Shown here one piece after another: positions 59,403 to 64,000 of a stretch of 64,000 nucleotides of DNA. Origin of the DNA: Methanocaldococcus sp. 28A (lineage in GTDB: Archaea; AGJL01; Methanococci; Methanococcales; Methanocaldococcaceae); NCBI GenBank assembly GCA_049852185.1, contig CP187540.1; one strand, given 5' to 3'. Numbering within the stretch: position 1 is the first letter of the stretch; every line of letters starts with the position of its first letter. Both the position numbers and the translations under genes were made by a program. The notes under the pieces are model-generated. The model was not told the origin of the DNA, made no database searches, and saw only the letters and a program-made list of their open reading frames with translations.

Positions 59403-60257
59403 ATGAGAGATTATTTTGTTGATTCATCTAAATTTATAATGGCAAATAGCTCATTTGAAGAAGCTGAAGGAGTTATATTTTCAATACCTTATGATGAAAC
59501 TACTTCCTTTAAGCCAGGAACAAGGGAAGGAGGAAATGCTATAAGAATGGCATCGTGGGGTTTGGAAACATATAGTCCTATCTTAAATAGAGATTTGTCA
59601 GAGTTAAGATATTGCGATTTAAAAGATTTAGATTTGTATGGGAACCAAATGGAAATATTTAACACAATACATCACGTCTCAAGAGAAATATTAAAAAAAG
59701 ATAAAAAAATAATTGTTTTTGGTGGAGAGCATTCTATAACTTATCCAATAATTAAAGCTGTAAAAGATATCTATGATGATTTTATTGTCATCCAATTCGA
59801 TGCCCACTGTGATTTAAGAGATGAGTATTTAGGAAATAAATTATCTCATGCATGCGTTATGAGGAGAGTTTATGAATTAACTAAAGATATATTTCAATTT
59901 GGTATTAGAAGTGGAGATAAAGAAGAGTGGGATTTTGCAAAGAAAAACAATCTCTATTTAAAAATGGATTTAATTAATGAGGATGATTTAGAATATATAA
60001 AAAGTTTAGATAAACCAATATACGTAACTATAGATATTGATGTATTAGACCCTTCCTATGCCCCAGGAACTGGTACTCCAGAACCTTGTGGTTTTTCAAC
60101 AAGAGAGCTCTTTAACTCCATATATTTATTAAAAAATGTTAAGGATAGAATTATTGGATTTGATATTGTTGAAGTTTCACCAATTTATGATATTGCTAAT
60201 ATTACAGCAATAACAGCGGCAAAAATAGCGAGAGAGCTTATGTTAATGGTTTTATAG
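59403..60257 (+). CDS. speB: agmatinase
   Basis: [28 protein letters not shown]. Confidence 0.95.
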   Translation: MRDYFVDSSKFIMANSSFEEAEGVIFSIPYDETTSFKPGTREGGNAIRMASWGLETYSPILNRDLSELRYCDLKDLDLYGNQMEIFNTIHHVSREILKKDKKIIVFGGEHSITYPIIKAVKDIYDDFIVIQFDAHCDLRDEYLGNKLSHACVMRRVYELTKDIFQFGIRSGDKEEWDFAKKNNLYLKMDLINEDDLEYIKSLDKPIYVTIDIDVLDPSYAPGTGTPEPCGFSTRELFNSIYLLKNVKDRIIGFDIVEVSPIYDIANITAITAAKIARELMLMVL

Positions 60258-60475
60258 GGGTCTTCTTAATGTCATTCCTCCATTAAATCGAGGTTGTCAA
60301 AAAATATTAAATAACTAATAATAGACAATACAAAATATGAATCGGGAAGGAAATAAGAAAACAAGAGAGAAAAAGGAAAGTTCCAAGAAGCGGAAGGGTT
60401 ATTGAAAAGCTTATAAGCTTAGATATAATAAATACGACATAATGGAGGATTATGCATTTATTTTACGTATTATAG

Positions 60476-60632
60476 ATAGGACTTCCGTAGTAATAAATAT
60501 TAATAAGGTATAACGGTTTGATTGCACTTTTTATATATATTAATGAAAAAATATTATTTATGAATTCAAACCGTTATTTGATGCCTTTGGCATCATATTT
60601 TCCTTAATTATTATATAAAGTGCGAAAGTCCT
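60476..60632. repeat. Family-1 element (GATGCC subtype) carrying a nested 68-bp inverted-repeat element
   Basis: ATAGGACTTCCGTAG ... GTGCGAAAGTCCT; nested ATAACGGTTTGA (60510-60521) / TCAAACCGTTAT (60566-60577). Confidence 0.85.
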
Positions 60633-61021
60633 CTCCAACAATAATAAGCAAATTCGGTCGATTTAGAGTAAATTTTATCTATAACAAAGTCATCTATAAC
60701 GACAATATTATAATCAGGAGTGATTAAATCTTTAACGAAATTAAAAAGCTTTTCTTGTGGGAAGATTCCTTCTTCCCAAAGTATTCTATTTATCGTGTCA
60801 TGAGATATGTCGATTCCGAAAATACGCAACGTTTTCGATAACTCTACACACGAATTAATCTCTGAAAGTAATATAAAAAGCATATAAACGATAGTCCTCG
60901 ACATTTTTAGCATATTTTCCCCAAAATAAACTTTTGTTTCGAAAAATTATAATATCTGATAAAAATAGATTATCATAAAATATTATAATAAAATATTTAA
61001 ATATGCTTGCAAAAGTCCTAT
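60633..61021 (-). mobile_element. IS701-like element, left part: terminal repeat plus 5'-truncated remainder (N-terminal transposase fragment)
   Basis: ORF from 60913 has ISHDTINR and VVIDDFVIDKIYSK (first D of DDE); upstream end on the minus strand reads ATAGGACTTTTGCA (61021-61008); ORF breaks at the repeat at 60632. Confidence 0.72.
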
Positions 61022-61170
61022 CATGAAATGTTATAATAAAATATTTAATATAGCTGTTCAAATATTAAAAATATTAACTCTAATATTAATATCTCATGGA
61101 CTTCTTAATTAAATTTTTCGAAAACCTCGGTCTATAGTGTCAAAAAATAAATTAAAAAATAATTTTAGAG

Positions 61171-63351
61171 TTATTCTAATTTAAGTCCTTTTCTCTCTCT
61201 AATCTGCTTAATTAATTGCTCTTGCAACTCTCTTGGAACTCTCTCATATCCTGCAAACTCAATACTCCAGAGACATCTACCCTGTGTAGCTCCTCTAATA
61301 GCCCCTGCAAATCCAAACATCTCTGCAACAGGACACTTAGCTTTAATAATTGCCATATCTCCCTCTTGCTCCATATCTAAGATTTGCCCTCTCCTGTTGC
61401 TAATTTCTCTCATTGCAGCTCCCATGAAGTCCTGAGGTGTGTTAATATAAACAAATTGCATAGGCTCTAACAATACTGGATTTGCTTGCATCATTGCATC
61501 TCTAATACCAAATCTTGCTGCTGGAATCATTTGTGCTGGTCCTCTATGGATTGCATCTTCGTGTAAGACAGCATCCATTAATTTGACTTTAACTCCCTGA
61601 CACTTCTCTGCTGCCAATGGACCATTTCTCATAGCTTCTTTGAATCCTTGGATAATCAATTCTTTGACTTCATCTAAGTGAACAATACCTCTTGTCATAT
61701 TAACAAGAACGTTTCCTTCATAGATACACATGACCCTTTTAGCTTCTTCTGGGTCCATTCCAGCTTTAATTAATTCTTGAACAATCTTATCATCTAATTT
61801 TCTCTTTGTATCAACATCTGGGATTTTTCCTTCTTTATATGCTTGTAAAACCCCCTCTTCTAATGGTTCAACCATGAAGTAGAGCTTGTTGTGCTTGTTT
61901 GGAGATTTACTTTCAATCATTGGTGATTGTCTTGTTACTGTTTCTCTATAGACAACGATTGGTTGCCCTACTTCAACTGGAATTCCTGCATCCCTCTCTA
62001 TTTTTAATTTTGTTATAATTTCAATATGTAACTCTCCCATACCACTTAATAAATGCTCTCCTGTTTCTTCATTAATCTCTACTCTAACTGTTGGGTCTTC
62101 TCTTGCAACTTGTCTTAAAACTTCAATTAACTTTGGTAAATCTTTTGTATTCTTAGCTTCAATAGCAACTGTAATGACTGGCTCACTAATGTGTGTTATT
62201 GCTTCGAATGGCTCAATTATATTATCTGGGGAACAAATTGTTTCTCCTGCTGATGCTTCTTTCAAACCAACCAATGCACAGATATTTCCTGCTGAAATAC
62301 TATCTACTGGAATTCTTTCTGGACCCATGAAGACAGATACTTGCTGAATCTTTGCCTTCTGCTGGTTATTTACCATATAAACTTCGTCTCCTTGCTTAAT
62401 TCTACCACCGAACAATCTGCAGACAGAAACAGCTCCAGCGTGTTTATCTACAATAATTTTGGTAATGACTCCTGCTAATGGTCCGTTAGGATCACAGTTA
62501 AGCATAGCTTTTCCAGCTTCTGATTCCAAATCTCCTTTCCACAAGTGTGGTATTCTGTATTTCTGAGCTTCTGGAGGGCTTGGTAAGTGCTTAATGACCA
62601 TATCCAAAACAACTTCGTGTAATGGAGCTTTCTCAGCTAATTCATCTTGTTTATCCTCTTCACAATACTTTATAATATCTTTAAATGTAATTCCACTCTT
62701 CTTCATGAATGGTACTGAAATTGCCCAGTTGTTGTAAGCTGAACCAAACGCAACACTTCCATCCTCAACTTTAACTAACCACTTGTCTTTAAATTCTTCT
62801 GGAGCCATCTTTCTAATTAAGTTGTTAATATCATTAATAATCTTGATAAATCTGCTTTGTAACTCTTCAGGTGTTAATTTTAACTCATTGATTAATCTAT
62901 CTACCTTGTTGATGAAAAGAACAGGCTTAACTCTCTCTTTTAATGCCTGTCTTAGGACAGTTTCTGTTTGAGGCATAACTCCTTCAACTGCACATACTAC
63001 AACTATAGCTCCATCAATAGCTCTCATAGCTCTTGTAACGTCCCCTCCAAAGTCAACGTGTCCAGGAGTGTCTATTAGGTTAATTAAATACTCTTTTCCT
63101 TCATAGGTGTGGACCATTGAAACATTTGCAGCGAAGATTGTAATTCCTCTTTGAGCTTCCTCTTCATCAAAGTCCAAAGCTAACTGCTCTCCAGCTAATT
63201 CTTTTGAAATCATTCCTGCTCCAGCCAATAAGTTATCTGATAATGTTGTTTTTCCATGGTCAATGTGAGCACAGATTCCAATATTTCTTATTCTATCATA
63301 CTTTTCCATTAACTCTTTAATTTTAGCAATCATTTTTGCTCTTTTTCCCAT
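61171..63351 (-). CDS. fusA: elongation factor EF-2
   Basis: [26 protein letters not shown]; diphthamide loop HEDAIHRG. Confidence 0.98.
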   Translation of the reverse strand: MGKRAKMIAKIKELMEKYDRIRNIGICAHIDHGKTTLSDNLLAGAGMISKELAGEQLALDFDEEEAQRGITIFAANVSMVHTYEGKEYLINLIDTPGHVDFGGDVTRAMRAIDGAIVVVCAVEGVMPQTETVLRQALKERVKPVLFINKVDRLINELKLTPEELQSRFIKIINDINNLIRKMAPEEFKDKWLVKVEDGSVAFGSAYNNWAISVPFMKKSGITFKDIIKYCEEDKQDELAEKAPLHEVVLDMVIKHLPSPPEAQKYRIPHLWKGDLESEAGKAMLNCDPNGPLAGVITKIIVDKHAGAVSVCRLFGGRIKQGDEVYMVNNQQKAKIQQVSVFMGPERIPVDSISAGNICALVGLKEASAGETICSPDNIIEPFEAITHISEPVITVAIEAKNTKDLPKLIEVLRQVAREDPTVRVEINEETGEHLLSGMGELHIEIITKLKIERDAGIPVEVGQPIVVYRETVTRQSPMIESKSPNKHNKLYFMVEPLEEGVLQAYKEGKIPDVDTKRKLDDKIVQELIKAGMDPEEAKRVMCIYEGNVLVNMTRGIVHLDEVKELIIQGFKEAMRNGPLAAEKCQGVKVKLMDAVLHEDAIHRGPAQMIPAARFGIRDAMMQANPVLLEPMQFVYINTPQDFMGAAMREISNRRGQILDMEQEGDMAIIKAKCPVAEMFGFAGAIRGATQGRCLWSIEFAGYERVPRELQEQLIKQIRERKGLKLE

Positions 63352-63460
63352 ATTACTCACCTTCTACATAATGTTGTTCATATTATGTGCATATTTTATC
63401 AATAAATATTTTAAATATTAATGTCATGTATAAAAATAGAGATATGTGAGTATAAAAAGT

Positions 63461-63555
63461 TTAGGACTTTCGCAGGATTGAATTTTTTATTGAACAATGG
63501 ATACCTATAAGGTGTCCAAATTCCAAATTAATATATAAAGTTGCGAAAGTCCTAA
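63461..63555. repeat. Palindromic MITE-like element, family 1, between rpsG and fusA
   Basis: TTAGGACTTTCGCA / TGCGAAAGTCCTAA; inner TGGATACCT-ATA-AGGTGTCCA. Confidence 0.92.
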
Positions 63556-63558
63556 AGG

Positions 63559-64000
63559 TTATCTTGCTGACTGAGCTACTCTTTCTGTCTCTTCTTTCTT
63601 TCTGACAGCATAGCTTCTCTGCATATCTCCTCTTGCAGCTGCAATAATCTCTTCAGCTAATGCCTCTTCAATTGGCTTTTTACTCTTGTGAGCAGCCATG
63701 TATGCTCCAATAGCAATGTTTCTTAAAGCAACATCAATTCTTCTCAATGATGAACAATCAACTGATTGTAAATAGACAATACCTCCATAGGATATTCTTG
63801 TTGTATCTTCTCTTGGTCCAGCGTTTTCAATTGCATCCACTAAAACCTGAATTGGATTTTGTTTAGTTCTTTTTTCAATAATTTCAAAAGCGTTTTCAAC
63901 TATTTTTAATGCCTTTAATTTTTTACCTGTGTTTTCTTCTCTTCTCATAACTTTGTTTACTAATCTCTCAACAATGTTCATTTTTGCTTTTTCAAATTGT
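63559..64000 (-). CDS. rpsG: 30S ribosomal protein S7 (5' end outside the window)
   Basis: [43 protein letters not shown]. Confidence 0.97.
   Translation of the reverse strand, partial: QFEKAKMNIVERLVNKVMRREENTGKKLKALKIVENAFEIIEKRTKQNPIQVLVDAIENAGPREDTTRISYGGIVYLQSVDCSSLRRIDVALRNIAIGAYMAAHKSKKPIEEALAEEIIAAARGDMQRSYAVRKKEETERVAQSAR

Overview
AT-rich archaeal chromosome segment from a hyperthermophilic Methanococcales methanogen, very close to Methanocaldococcus jannaschii judged by gene content and rRNA. It is mostly housekeeping and methanogen metabolism: porGDABEF, aIF5B with an intein, cfbE, taw1, comDE/comA, the selenocysteine-containing F420-reducing hydrogenase fruADGB with its SECIS, minD, a histone, gatB, nrpR, a 16S-tRNA(Ala)-23S operon without 5S, cdhA/B/C, cbf5, a compact polyamine cluster, and rpsG-fusA. 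No CRISPR array was seen. The main non-genic signal is about 14 full or partial copies of a ~90-110 bp palindromic element with TAGGACTTTCGCA...TGCGAAAGTCCTA ends. One such end lies just upstream of a truncated IS701-like DDE transposase, suggesting the repeats are MITEs of that IS. Also present: two or three other palindromic repeat types (some nested or stacked), ISH3-like and IS982-like relics, a relic of a second ACS beta gene, a permease relic, a likely ATT start codon, an SD-sequestering hairpin before a tiny C2H2 zinc-finger gene, and three small genes missing from the ORF track. Family assignments and M. jannaschii locus numbers come from recall, not database searches.
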